This document shows, piece by piece, positions 1 to 11,340 of a stretch of DNA of 64,000 nt. The stretch comes from Scyliorhinus canicula. Taxonomy: Eukaryota. The stretch spans positions 1,736,001 through 1,800,000 of the forward strand of contig NC_052171.1 in the NCBI RefSeq assembly GCF_902713615.1. Reading direction: 5' to 3'. Made by a program: the position numbers and the translations under genes. The notes under the pieces are model-generated. The model saw only the letters and a program-made list of their open reading frames with translations. It ran no database searches and was not told the origin of the DNA. Position 1 is the stretch's first letter. Each line of letters starts with the position of its first letter.

Positions 1-412
1 TGCAATCCCTCACACCAGGCCATCTGTCGTTTGTTCTTTGAAGTTGCGACTTCTAATTGCAGTTTCTACATTCTCCGTCCTTTCAGTTCCGATGAAAACT
101 CTATGACTCGAAACATTAGCTCTGTTTCTCTCCTGAAAGATGTTGGCAGACCTGCTGGGTTTTTCCAGCCTCCTCAGTTCTTGGTCTATTTTCTAGGTGT
201 CTGGATTCCCTTCAAAAAAGTTTCATTATAGGACTGCTTCTTTCGATTTTTGATGCCAATACATAAATCTTTTTGATACACTTCTTGTGGTCAAACTTCT
301 AATTTATCTATACGGCTTCGACAATCCACTCCATCCTCAATTGACTGCTTACACAGGCTACCAGTTTTTGATATTAGGGTTGCCAACAATGATTAAATGT
401 ACAAAATCATTA

Positions 413-717
413 GTTAGCACAGTGGTTAGCACTGTTGCTTCACAGGGCCAGGGGGCCAGGGGGACAGGGTCCCAGGTTCGATTCCCGGCTTGTGTCACTG
501 TCTGTGTGGAGTCTGCACGTTCTCCCTGTGTCTATGTGGGTTTCCTCTGGGTGCTCCAGTTTCCTCCCGAAAGATGTGCTTGTTAGGTGAATTGATATTC
601 AGAATTCTCCCTGTGTACCCGGACAGGTGCCAGAATGTGGTGACGAGGGGCTTTTCACAGAAAGTTCATTGCAATGTTAACGTAAGCCTACTTGTGACAA
701 TCAAGATTATTATTATA
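413..717 (+). mobile_element. tRNA-derived shark-type SINE with GATTATTATTAT tail
   Basis: Head with A/B-box-like GTGGTTAGCAC...GGTTCGATTCCC, core GTCACTGTCTGTGTGGAGTCTGCAC; same tail as copies at 21171 and 40722. Confidence 0.8.
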
Positions 718-1007
718 ATCTTTGCAGGCCTGACAGCATGTGGAGAGTCTGGATGGCTCTTTGTCAAAGCTGCTTTTATCTTATATGATTAAACGTACAC
801 CTGGAGGTTTCATTGCATGACTTGCCCCTAAAACCTCCAGCGATTCGTCGGCCAACACATCCACCCTTGTGGCACAGGAAGGCAAAAGACTAATTATCCA
901 CAGCCTGTTCTCCCATTTTTAAATGTAATTATATCTGGTGAGGAGAAACTTTGAGGAAAATTCAAAAACCTGAGTTCAAGTCCCGCTGACTTTTCTCCAG
1001 GGTTGCT

Positions 1008-1293
1008 CACGGCACGGGGGCACAGTCGTTGGCGCTGCTGCCTCACAGCGCCAGGGACCAGCGTTCAATTTGGGTCACTGTCTGTGCGGAGTCTGCACGT
1101 CCTCCCCGTGTGTGCGTGGGTTTCCTCCGGGTGCTCCGGTTTCCTCCCACAGTCCAAAGATGTGCAGCTTAGGTGGATTGGCCATGATAAATTGCCCGTA
1201 GTGTCCAAAAGGTTGGGCCTAGGTAAGGAGGTCTGTTGAAGGGTCGGTGCAGAGTGGATGGGCCGAATGGCCTCCTGTCTGCACTATGGGGAT
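1008..1293 (+). mobile_element. HE1-like SINE with CR1-type tail
   Basis: Same core; tail GGGCCGAATGGCCTCCT...GCACT. Confidence 0.7.
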
Positions 1294-1419
1294 TGTATGG
1301 CGGTGTCCCGGAGATTGATCTCCATGTCGACCCTGCAGGGTGTTTTCCGATATTAAAAGGCGGTGTGTGTGTGAGGCCTACTTTTCTGCACCCGCTCCAC
1401 TCAAAAAAGACCCATCCTC

Positions 1420-1500
1420 CCGGCGCCGCCTCAGACCCGCACTGACCCGGCGCCGCCTCAGACCCGCACTGACCTGGCGCCGCCTCAGACCCGCACTGAC
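1420..1500. repeat. 27-bp tandem repeat, 3 copies
   Basis: CCGGCGCCGCCTCAGACCCGCACTGAC at 1420, 1447 and 1474. Confidence 0.95.
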
Positions 1501-1631
1501 CTGACGCCTCGGACGCTCCTGGGCGGCCGCTTTCTCCCACGGCGCAGATCCGCCCCGGTTCTTTCTTTTTTTTTGGACGGTGGAAATCCGTTACTCGAAT
1601 CAAAATTCAAAACTTTCCCGCGGCTCGACCG

Positions 1632-2015
1632 TGCGCACGCGCCACTGAGGACTGGAGGGGAGGTGCTGTTTGCGCACGCGCGGCTGGCCGGAGGACTGGA
1701 AGGGAGGGGCTGTTTGCGCACGCGCGGCTGGCCGGAGGACTGGAAGGGAGGGGCTGTTTGCGCACGCACGGCTGGCCGGAGGACTGGAGGGGCTATTTGC
1801 GCACGCGCGGAGGACTGGAGGGGCTGTTTGCGCACGCGCGGCTGGCCGGGGGACTGGAGGGGAGGGGCTGTTTGCGCACGCGCGGCTGGCCGGAGGACTG
1901 GAGGGGCTGTTTGCGCACGCGCGGCTGGCCGGAGGACTGGAGGGGAGGGGCTGTTTGCGCACGCGCGGCTGGCCGGAGGACTGGAGGGACTGTTTGCGCA
2001 CGCGCGGAGGACTGG
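1632..2015. repeat. GC-rich tandem repeat (31-44 bp variable unit, about 10 copies), each with TGCGCACGC
   Basis: Unit GGGGCTGTTTGCGCACGCGCGGCTGGCCGGAGGACTGGA. Confidence 0.9.
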
Positions 2016-3792
2016 CGGGGGCGAACGGACGGCGGTGGATCCATTTTATTATCCGGTTTAACTGGTGCGAATACGAAGGAGTATCGTCCCCGTCCCCCCC
2101 CGGCCGCTTCGCACCCAATCGTTCTTTTACAATGTTTGTCTGGTGAGCACGAGAAACTGATTACCTAAAGATGGATGACGAAAGCCATTCTGCCCATCCA
2201 GATCAATCCACCTCAGATCCCACATCCCCTCCTCCCATTGGCACAAATCCCGCTGTTTATTAAATAACTCCAGGATTTTTGCTCTCCTGGCCCCACCTGG
2301 TGATCCAGCCCATGTGTCGATCACTCTGTGAAAGATTTTCCTGCCACCAGTCCTAAAATTCCTGACGCCAGTTTTAACGCGCTCCCCGCAGTTCTCCCCC
2401 AATTTAATCCAGAGCAATATCACAGGCTTAGTTTCTGACACTTCCGCTTTCTGAACCACCCTTCGGATGCCTCCTTTCAAAGTTGCATTGAGAAGAGAGT
2501 GGCTATGTCAACTTCCAGAAGACATTTAGTCTGTGATGTGTTATCTGAGTTGGTCTAACATCGACTACAACTGGATGCAGTGAGACTCCAGTCCAGGTTT
2601 CCCACACAGGAGATGGTCCAACACTGTTTTATTGAATTTGCTTGTTGCTGTATATAATCTGCTGTGGGTTGACACTCTATTAATCTAAACTGATAACCTC
2701 AGACTAGCTCTCTGTCTCATGGAGAAGGTGCTCATGGCCTTGTGCCCTCTAACTATCTCTGTAGCTGTGTCCAGTGAGAAGAGGCAGAGTCTTAATGCAT
2801 GGTGTGTTTTTTTAAAAAATATTTTTATTCTCCTCTTTCACAATTTTTCTCCCGAATTTACACCATTTACACCCGAATTTACACAATCAATAACCAACAA
2901 CAAATATCTCAAACCCCATAACAGTGACAACGATCCCATCCTCCTACCATGCCCAGACATCAGCCCGCACGTTAACATAAACAAATGACAAAGAAAAAAA
3001 GGAATCAGGGATTACCCATAGCCATCTTCAACATACACAGCCCCTCTCCCCCCGCACCCCACCCACCCTTCCCCCCCCCCCAACTAATGTTATCCAGTTC
3101 TTGAAAGTGCATAATAAATAGTGCCCATGACTTGTAGAACCCCTCCGTGCTTCCCCTCAGTTCGAACTTAACCTTCTCAAGGGTCAAGTCTATAGAAGTG
3201 CGGTTTGCACTCTGCACAGATTGGGCAGTCCCTGGTGACCGCTTTTACCTCCTCGTTGGGGAAAGGCAGGTTTCGGGCTCTGATGTAGTGGGCGAGCCGG
3301 GTGACCCCTGGGTGGCAGAGGTCATCGTGGATGGCTTTTAGGCGACTGATTTGCGCGCTGGCGCATGTCCCGCGGGATAGGGCATCCGAGGGCTCGTTGA
3401 GCTTCCCAGGTCGATATTTGATATCATAATTGTAGGTGGAGAGTTCAATCCTCCACCGAAGAATTTTGTCATTTTAAATTTTGCCCCTTTGCCAGTTGTC
3501 GAACATGAAGGCGACCGATCGTTGGTCGGTAATGAGGGTGAACCTCCTACCTGCGAGGTAGTGCCTCCAGTGTCGGATAGCCTCCACGATGGCTTGCGCT
3601 TCCTTCTCGACTGAGGAGTGTCAGAGTTCTGAAGCGGATAGGGTACGGGAGACAAATGCAACGGGCCGCCCTGCTTGGTTTAAAGTGGCTGCTGAGGCGT
3701 CCCTCTCAACCTGAAAGGGAGTGGATTCATCCACCGCCCGCATGGCTGCTTTGGCGATGTCATCCCTGATGTAGCTGAAGGCCTGGCGCGCC

Positions 3793-5060
3793 TCAGCAGA
3801 CAGGGGAAATAGTGTGGCCTTGAACAGTGGGCGGGCTTTGTCCACATATTGGGGGACCCACTGGGCGTAGTACGAAAAGAGCCCCAAGCACCGTTTGAGG
3901 GCCTTGGGGCCATGGGGCAGGGGGAGTTCTAAGACTCCCTCTTAGGGAGCGCATGCGGTCCGGGTCTGGGCCTAGGACTCCGTTCTCCACGGCGTAGCCG
4001 AGGATGGCTAGTCTGTTTGTGCGTAACACACATTTCTCCTTGTTATCTGTACGGTTTAATTTTTGGGCCGTCTGGAGAAAACGGTGGAGGTTGGCATCGT
4101 GGTCCTGCTGGTCATGGCCGCAGATGGTAACATTATCCAGATACGGAAACGTGGCCCGCAGCCCGTTCTGGTCTACCATTCGGTCCATTGCTCGTTGGAA
4201 CACCGAAACCCTGTTAGTGACGCCGAAGGGAACCCAGAGGAAATGGAAGAGGCGGCCATCGGCCTCGAACGCCGTGTAATGGCGGTCCTCCGGGCAGATT
4301 GGGAGCTGGTGGTATGCAGACTTCAGATCTACCGTGGAAAATACCTGATATTGGGCGATCTGGTTTACCATGTCTGCAATTCTGGGGAGGGGATACGCGT
4401 CTAGGAGCGTAAAGCGATTGATGGTCTGGCTATAATCGACGACCATGCGGAATTTTCCCCCGGTCTTGACGACCACCACCTGAGCTCTCCAGGGACTGTT
4501 ACTGGCCTCTATGATCCCCTCACTGAGCAGCCTTCGGACCTCTGTACTGATAAATACCCTATCCTGCAGGCTATACCGCCTGCTGCGGGTGGCTACCGGT
4601 TTGCAATCCGGGGTGAGGTTGACGAAGAGAGGAGGGGGGGCGATGCGCAGCGTGGCGAGGCTGCAGATAGTGAGTGGGGGCAGGGGCCTGCCGAAGCTGA
4701 GGGTGAGACTCTTGAGGTTACATTGGAAATCCAAGCCTAAGAGGAGTGGCGCGCAGAGGTCAGGCAAGACATACAGTTTAAATTTGGAATAGCTAGCGCC
4801 TCGAATCGTTAGCGTTGCTGTAATGCGGCCTTGGATTTGGATGGAATGGGAGCCCAAAGCGAGGGCGATAGTTTGGTTGACGGGATAAATAGGGAGGGAA
4901 CAGCGTCTTACCAGCTCTGGGTGTATGAAGCTCTCTGTGCTCCCGGAGTCGAAGAGGCACGACGTGTTGTACCCGTTGATCTGGACCACCGTCATCGAAT
5001 TTCTCAGATGCTTGGGGCGAGATTGGTCGAGGGTGACCGCGTTGAGTTGCGGGCCGCGTG
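3793..5060 (-). pseudogene. pol: Gypsy pol (protease and RT) remnant
   Basis: DSG protease, SPWRAQVVVV, FRMVVDYSQTIN, VPFGVTN, YLDN; frameshift after RT. Confidence 0.85.
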
Positions 5061-5561
5061 GTGGGTGCCCGGGGGAGTAGAATTCTTCCGATCGGGCGTC
5101 CTGTCGAGTAGATGCCGCTGCGTTCTGGCGAGCTTGATGCAGGAACACTGCGCTGAGTTGCGGGCCATGTGGTGACTGCCCGGGAGGTCGTACTCCTCCG
5201 ATGAGCTGTTTGAGTCTGGGGATGCAGCTAGGGCCCGTGGATCGCACGTGGAGGGTGGTGATGAAGATGGCGGCCCCCATGAATCGCACGTGGCCGGCCG
5301 CATGGTGGAGGTTTGCAAAGATGGCGGCCCCCATGGATCGCACATGGCGGGAGGGGGCGGAGCCTGAGCGTAGGCCGCAGCGTTTCGGGCCCCGCGGGCC
5401 TGCTGGTGCTGGGGGCGATGTTTTTGGACTGTTGGGGTTTTGAGGGCTGGGGCCCTTCTGCCACGGCACACTCTAGCATAGTGGCCTTTCTTCCCGCAGC
5501 TGCTGCAGGTCGCGGATCGGGCTGAGCAGTGCTGCCGCGGGTGCTGGCTTTGTCCACAGAA

Positions 5562-6725
5562 GTGGCAGGCTGGAGCAGTTGAATAGCTGGTTTGGGGAGC
5601 TGAATAGTGACAGGCTGGAGCAGTTGAATAGCTGGTTTGGGGAGCTGAATAGTGGCAGGCTGGAGCAGTTGAATAGCTGGTTTGGGGAGCTGAATAGTGA
5701 CAGGCTGGAGCAGTTGAATAGCTGGTTTGGCGAGCTGAGGCTGGAGCAGTTGAATAGCTGGTTTGGGGAGCTGAATAGTGCCAGGCTGGGGCTGCTGAAT
5801 AACTGGTTTGGCGAGCTGAATAGTGGCAGGCTGAAGCAGTTGAATAGCTGGTTTGGGGAGCTGAATAGTGGCAGGCTGGAGCAGTTGAATAGCTGGTTTG
5901 GCGAGCTGAATAGTGGCAGGCTGGAGCAGTTGAATAACTGGTTTGGCGAGCTGAATAGTGGCAGGCTGGAGCAGTTGAAGAACTGGTTTGGGGAGCTGAA
6001 TAGTGGCAGGCTGGAGCAGTTGAATAACTGGTTTGGCGAGCTGAATAGTGGCAGGCTGGAGCAGTTGAACAGCTGGTTTGGGGAGCTGAATAGTGGCAGG
6101 CTGGAGCAGTTGAATAGCTGGTTTGGGGAGCTGAATAGTGGCAGGCTGGAGCAGTTGAACAGCTGGTTTGGGGAGCTGAATAGTGGCAGGCTGAAGCAGT
6201 TGAATAGCTGGTTTGGGGAGCTGAATAGTGGCAGGCTGGAGCAGTTGAATAACTGGTTTGGCGAGCTGAATAGTGGCAGGCTGGAGCAGTTGAATAACTG
6301 GTTTAGGGAGCTGAATAGTGGCAGGCTGGAGCACTTGAATAGCTGGTTTGGGGAGCTGAATAGTGACAGGCTGGAGCAGTTGAATAACTGGTTTGGGGAG
6401 CTGAATAGTGGCAGGCTGGAGCAGTTGAATAACTGGTTTGGGGAGATGAATAGTGGCAGGCTGGAGCAGTTGAACAGCTGGTTTGGGGAGCTGAATAGTG
6501 GCAGGCTGGAGCAGTTGAAGAACTGGTTTGGGGAGCTGAATAGTGGCAGGCTGGAGCAGTTGAATAGCTGGTTTGGGGAGCTGAATAGTGGCAGGCTGGA
6601 GCAGTTGAACAGCTGGTTTGGGGAGCTGAATAGTGGCAGGCTGGAGCAGTTGAACAGCTGGTTTGGGGAGCTGAATAGTGGCAGGCTGGAGCAGTTGAAT
6701 AACTGGTTTGGCGAGCTGAGTAGCT
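5562..6725. repeat. 45-bp tandem repeat (about 26 copies) inside Gypsy gag
   Basis: Unit GAATAGCTGGTTTGGGGAGCTGAATAGTGGCAGGCTGGAGCAGTT. Confidence 0.97.
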
Positions 6726-7762
6726 GGCTGGGGAAGCTGAGTAATTAGCTGGAGCAGCTGAATAGCTTGAGTATTTGACTGGGGGCCCCCATGAATCGCA
6801 CGTGGCCGGCCGCATGGTGGAGGTTTGCCAGGCTTGGGGGGGTCCTCAGGTTGGGGGCCCATGCGGGGTCCGCGAAAAATGAGTTGAGGCTGCAGAAGGA
6901 AACTTCCATCGTGATAGCAGCCTCTACGGTAGTCTCTAAGCCCTGGGCCCCATTTTCTAATAGTCTCTGGCGTACATAGCTAGATCGAAGGCCCGCTACA
7001 AAGACATCCCGCACAGCAAGCTCCCTATGTTCGGCTGCGGTTACAGCCTGGTAATTGCAGTCATTTGAGAGATTGTTCAACTCGCGTGCAAATTCAGCTA
7101 AAGTTTCAGTAGGCCGTTGTCGGCGAGTTGTGAACACATGGTGGGCAAAGACCTCGTTCATGGGCCTAATATACATTTTGTCCAAAATCGCCAGCACAGC
7201 GGTGTAGGAACCGGCTGGATTTAGTTGTGTAGAAATTCTGTGGCTTACCCTCGCTAGGTTGAGCTTTTGTTCCTCCGTAGTTTCAGCGGTGCTGATTTCG
7301 GCCAGGTAGGCCTTAAAACATTTCAGCCAGTGGCAGAAGGTTTCTTTCGCCTCTGCATCCTGCGGATCGCGTTCTGGACGTCCTGGTTTTAGAGCGGATT
7401 CCATGCTTTACTTCGGCAGCTTCTTAAGTGTAATAAATTGATGGAACCATCAATTCAGCGAACACGTGTAGTTGGATTTGAACAGAGGCTTTAATACACT
7501 TACAACAGAGCCAGCCTATTCGTCGTTGAACTTTAGGTGAAATGGCAGACTGGCTCTAAGGCACTGACCTTTATACATGGGTCCCAGGGGGAGGAGTCCT
7601 GGGCGGAGCCAAGGGAGGAGCCCAGTACAACTCTCGCATACACCCAGAGTGACTCCCCCTGGTGGTCAGATAGTGCAACTGCACTTACAATGGGTAGATA
7701 ACGAACATATATACATGCAGTGATATTGGCAACTATATATAGTGTGAATCACATTCACCACA

Positions 7763-8290
7763 TACTGCACTTGGCGGCTCGTTCACTTTGGGCATCGGCC
7801 TTAATGACCGATGGGCTCGGTCTAGCTCGTACTGGGAGGGGCTCTCACCCTCCCCCATCAGCTCCGCCAACTTCTTAGCGAAGTATTGTGTCCCTTCTGG
7901 CAAGCCCACAATTCTCAAATTATGCCGCCTTGAGCAGTTTTCCAAGTGTTCCAGCTTTGCTTGGAGACCTCTATTAATCTCCACAGCCCTCCGCAACTCA
8001 TCGTCCATCGAGGTGACCTGGTCGCTGTGTCGTGACATGGCTTCCTCCACTTCTTTCATCTTCTCGCCCTGCTCTCTCACCTCGGGCAATGCCTTTGCCA
8101 CTGCCACCTTCAATGGGGCAACTAGCGGGGCGATTGCCTCCTCCACCAGTAACTTAAATGCGGCCGCTGTCTTCTTTTTCCAGGCCTCCATGTGCCTCGC
8201 AAACTGTTTTACCAGCTCCCCCGAAATCATCTCGGTCATCTTCTCCACCGTAAATAGTGCGGCCCCACTTTGCAATTCAGCTTCCGCCAT
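7763..8290 (-). pseudogene. L1 ORF1p fragment (coiled coil and start of RRM)
   Basis: KLEHLENCSRRHNLRIVGLPEG and ELDRAHRSL, typical of L1 ORF1p; cut by the Gypsy LTR. Confidence 0.85.
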
Positions 8291-9048
8291 CCTATCACCA
8301 CTTTTATTCGTCTTCTCCTTCAGCAGCGACCCTGCGTTTCCTCCTTCGACGCTGCTTTTCGCATCCTTTAGCAGCTTATTGTTTTTAACTTTCTTTCTCT
8401 TCTCCTCTCTCTCCCTCCACCCTTCTGTCCTTCATCAATCGGAATTATTCTTTTTTTTAAAGACAAAGGGGAGGGAAAAAAACTTCACCAAACTTCTTTA
8501 AATTTCTTTAAATCTTCCAGCTCTCTTCCTTTCCCCTCTGTACTCATCCAGAACTCCCCTGGGACCAGGTTCCAACCTTCTTTCTTCCTCCTAGGTGGGA
8601 GCCATCCGTTGTGGGACACCGCTCTCACATGGTGCCCTGGACTCGGGCCTGCGTCCTCTGCCTCCTTGTAGCTCCGCCCCCGACGCCGCGCTGGGCCCAG
8701 GACCTCAGCCTCCACCGCCCCAACACCCGCGCGGGGTTCTTCACCGGTTATTAAACTGGCCCCGCTGGCTGCTCGCGACGGCCCCAAAGGCCGACGGTAG
8801 TTGGTGGGTGCGTCGAAACTCGGGGATTTCCTCGAAATCGCCGCGACTCACGGCCACCAGCGGGAGCACTTCGCGCTGCGGCCGCCCTGCACACCCACGC
8901 CATCGGAAGTCCATGCCTCGTGTGTTTTATCATGGTAGTGTCCTGTCTGGTGATTGGTTGTTCTGTGTCATGTGTGTTCATTGGTTATCCTGTGTGTCAA
9001 TCACTGCCTGTCTGCATCTCATTGTATCCATGAGTGGATATTATGACA

Positions 9049-9745
9049 GTCTGTACCACACAACAGATCATGAGCCAGGCCTGGGAGTGTGTGGAATCGG
9101 GGTAGTCTTTTAACTGCTTGGAAAATGATTGGGAGGTCGGAGACATCAGAGGTAAAAGATGAGACTGGTGGGATTTGACAAGTGGTGTTTCCCAGAAATC
9201 TGTTCAGGAGCCTCAACTTTTCAGCATATTTATTCACGACCTGGGTGAAGAGTTGAAAATTTGCAGGTGGCATTTCACAATGCCAAAAGAATGCGGTACA
9301 AAATTGCAAAGCAAGAGACAGAATATGGATGTAGTTCAACGGGTGGCGGTTGTCACGCCTCCACTTTCGACAAGGAAGAGAAATTAAGACATTTTCTATA
9401 TAATGAGAGACTAGATTCTGTTAGGGTGTTTAAAAATTTAATAGGATTTGGTCAGATAGAGAAGTTATTCCCTCTGACTGAGCCAGCAAGAACAGAGAGA
9501 CATGATCTTAAAATTAGAGCCAGGTAATTGAGGTGCGAAATCAGGAAGGATTTTCTCATACAAAAGGTACAAGAAATTTGGAATTCTCTGTTTCAAAATT
9601 CTGTAAATTCTCGAAAAATTGGAGCTTTCAAGATTTACAGAAATTTTTACACAATGGTCTCAAGGGATATGAAACAAAGGGAGGAAAGTGTGTTGACATA
9701 CAGGTCAGCCAAGATCTAATTAAATGGTGTAGCAGTCTGAATGAC
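9049..9745 (+). mobile_element. Old CR1-type LINE RT/3' fragment, continuing from about 2490-2533
   Basis: Degenerate TSGVSQKSVQEPQLFSIFIHDL (SGVPQGSVLGP-like) and CR1-like 3' region. Confidence 0.6.
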
Positions 9746-9910
9746 CTATTCATAGAACATGGCCCTTGATGTTGCACCGACCTGTGAAACCAGTGTAAAC
9801 CCATCTACACTATTCCATTATCATCCATATGTTTATCCAATGACCATTTAAATGCCCTTAATGTTGGCAAGTCCACTACTGTTGCAGGCAGGGAATTCCA
9901 CGCCCTTATT

Positions 9911-10245
9911 GGGCAGCACGGTAGCATGGTGGTTAGCATAAATGCTTCACAGCTCCAGGGTCCCAGGTTCAGTTCCCGGCTGGGTCACTGTCTGTGCGGA
10001 GTCTGCACGTCCTCCCCGTGTGTGCGTGGGTTTCCTCCGGGTGCTCCGGTTTCCTCCCACAGTCCAAAGATGTGCGGGTTAGGTGGATTGGCCAGGCTAA
10101 ATTGCCCTTAGTGTCCTAAAAAATAATGTTAATGGGGGTTTTTGGGTTACTGGTATAGGGTGGATACGTGGGCTTGAGTAGGGTGATCATTGCTCGGCAC
10201 AACATTGAGGGCCAAAGGGCCTGTTCTGTGCTGTACTATTCTAAT
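9911..10245 (+). mobile_element. HE1-like SINE, CR1-type tail
   Basis: Near-identical to copies at 33917 and 43350. Confidence 0.85.
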
Positions 10246-10709
10246 TCTAAAAAAAAATCTAATTCTAATTCTAATTATTGCTCTCTGAGTAACGAACCTA
10301 CCTCTGACATGAAATACTCTTCAGTTCTTTTTGTCTTTTCTTATAAATCAGATACTGATGCCATCAGATGTATTAGCACATTAAAATCTGGAATCACCTG
10401 CAATGAGAGGAGCAGACCAATCTCGTACAGGATAGGGGCAGCACTTTTTCAAAAAGATAGAAAACACAGATCATTTTACTGCACAACACATTCAGTAACA
10501 GATACAGCGAAGAGAAATGTAATTATGAAGGAAATATTGGTAGCCACATTGACATCTATTTGTTGTCTATGACTTTATATTACGATGGAAATGGACCATA
10601 AACCTTTAGTCACACGATTGAACGAGCTTGTGGCAATGTCATCAAGAGTTCAAAGAGATAAATTATGACGAATGAGGTCTGATACTCGTGCGCAACATGA
10701 GAGCACAAA

Positions 10710-10933
10710 TTTTTTTTTTAAATTTTGAGTACCTAATTCATTTTTCCAGTTAACAGGTAATTTAGCGTGGCCAATCCACCTACCCGGCACATCTTTGGGT
10801 TGTGGGGGCGAAACCCATGCAAACACGGGAGAATGTGCAAACTCCACATAGACAGTGACCCAGAACCAGGATCAAACCTGGGCCCTCGGTGCTGTGAGGC
10901 AGCAGTACTAGCCACTGCACCACCCTGCTGCCT
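10710..10933 (-). mobile_element. SINE, A-rich-tail subfamily
   Basis: Reverse complement of the SINE head and core. Confidence 0.8.
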
Positions 10934-11115
10934 TAATAGAGCGCAACATGAGGCTTTATTGTGCATTGAAAGAGAATTCAGAAAAATGCAATATCAAATG
11001 TGTGGATGGAGGAATTTTATTTCATGACAATCCCTACATTATCAGCAACCACGCAAAGATCAAGTGAAATTATAGAGACTCAAAAATCCAATGAGGAATG
11101 TAAACAGATCATGGT

Positions 11116-11340
11116 AGCGCGGTGGCATAGTGGTTAGCACTGCTGCCTCACGGCACCGAGGACCGGCGTTTAATCCCGGCCCTGTTGCCAATCCACCTAC
11201 CTTGCACATCTTTGGGTTGTGGGGGAAAACACAGCGAGAAGGTGCAAACTCCACACGGAAAGTGACCCGGGGCCGGGATCGAACCCGGGTCCTCAGCACT
11301 GTGAGGCAGCAGTGTTAACCACTGTGCCACCGTGCCGCCC
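11116..11340. mobile_element. Two opposed SINE pieces (plus-strand head fused to a minus-strand copy)
   Basis: SINE head at 11116-11180 on plus; minus-strand copy at 11185-11340. Confidence 0.65.

Larger units (their letters stand above)
1330..2150 (-). promoter_or_regulatory. CpG-island promoter and probable non-coding first exon (about 1501-1600) of a leftward gene outside the window
   Basis: CpG-dense; E2F site TTTCCCGC (1614-1621) next to CHR-type TTCAAA (1606-1611); about ten NRF1-like motifs; minus-strand donor CAG|GTCAGT at 1501/1500. Confidence 0.55.
3200..7762 (-). mobile_element. Degenerate Ty3/Gypsy LTR retrotransposon; 5' LTR 7439-7762, gag-PR-RT-RNase H, integrase and 3' LTR missing
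   Basis: Gag from 7404; zinc knuckles CHFCGQSQHPRQHC and CSSCGKKGHYARVC; protease LFDSGS; RT VDLKSAYHQ and YLDNV; RNase H GRPVAF; frameshifted. Confidence 0.9.
2811..8912 (-). mobile_element. L1-clade LINE, internally deleted and interrupted by a Gypsy element
   Basis: 5' UTR 8291-8912; ORF1 fragment; ORF2 C-terminus (LEKVKFELRGSTEGFYKSW) near 3070-3190; A-rich 3' end with polyA signal; imperfect 16-bp TSD ATGC(A/C)T(G/C)GTGTGTTTT at 2795-2810 and 8913-8928. Confidence 0.75.
2534..9048. mobile_element. Solo LTR split by an L1 insertion (halves 2534-2810 and 8913-9048)
   Basis: TG...CA termini flanked by GTCTG direct repeats (2529-2533, 9049-9053); the halves join at the L1 target duplication. 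Confidence 0.7.

Noticed and set aside
1485-2168. Overlapping ORFs and a possible plus-strand micro-exon ATGTTTGTCTG|GTGAG
   Set aside because: Repeat-derived; no convincing downstream coding exon found
5228-6862. 544-aa and 389-aa repeat ORFs, or a CRISPR-like array
   Set aside because: Alternative frames of a head-to-tail 45-bp repeat with no unique spacers, in eukaryotic DNA
9911-9985. tRNA gene
   Set aside because: tRNA-derived SINE head followed by SINE core; the same applies to the other copies
10302-10397. Minus-strand AG...GT exon-like segment
   Set aside because: Stops in all three frames and no other support
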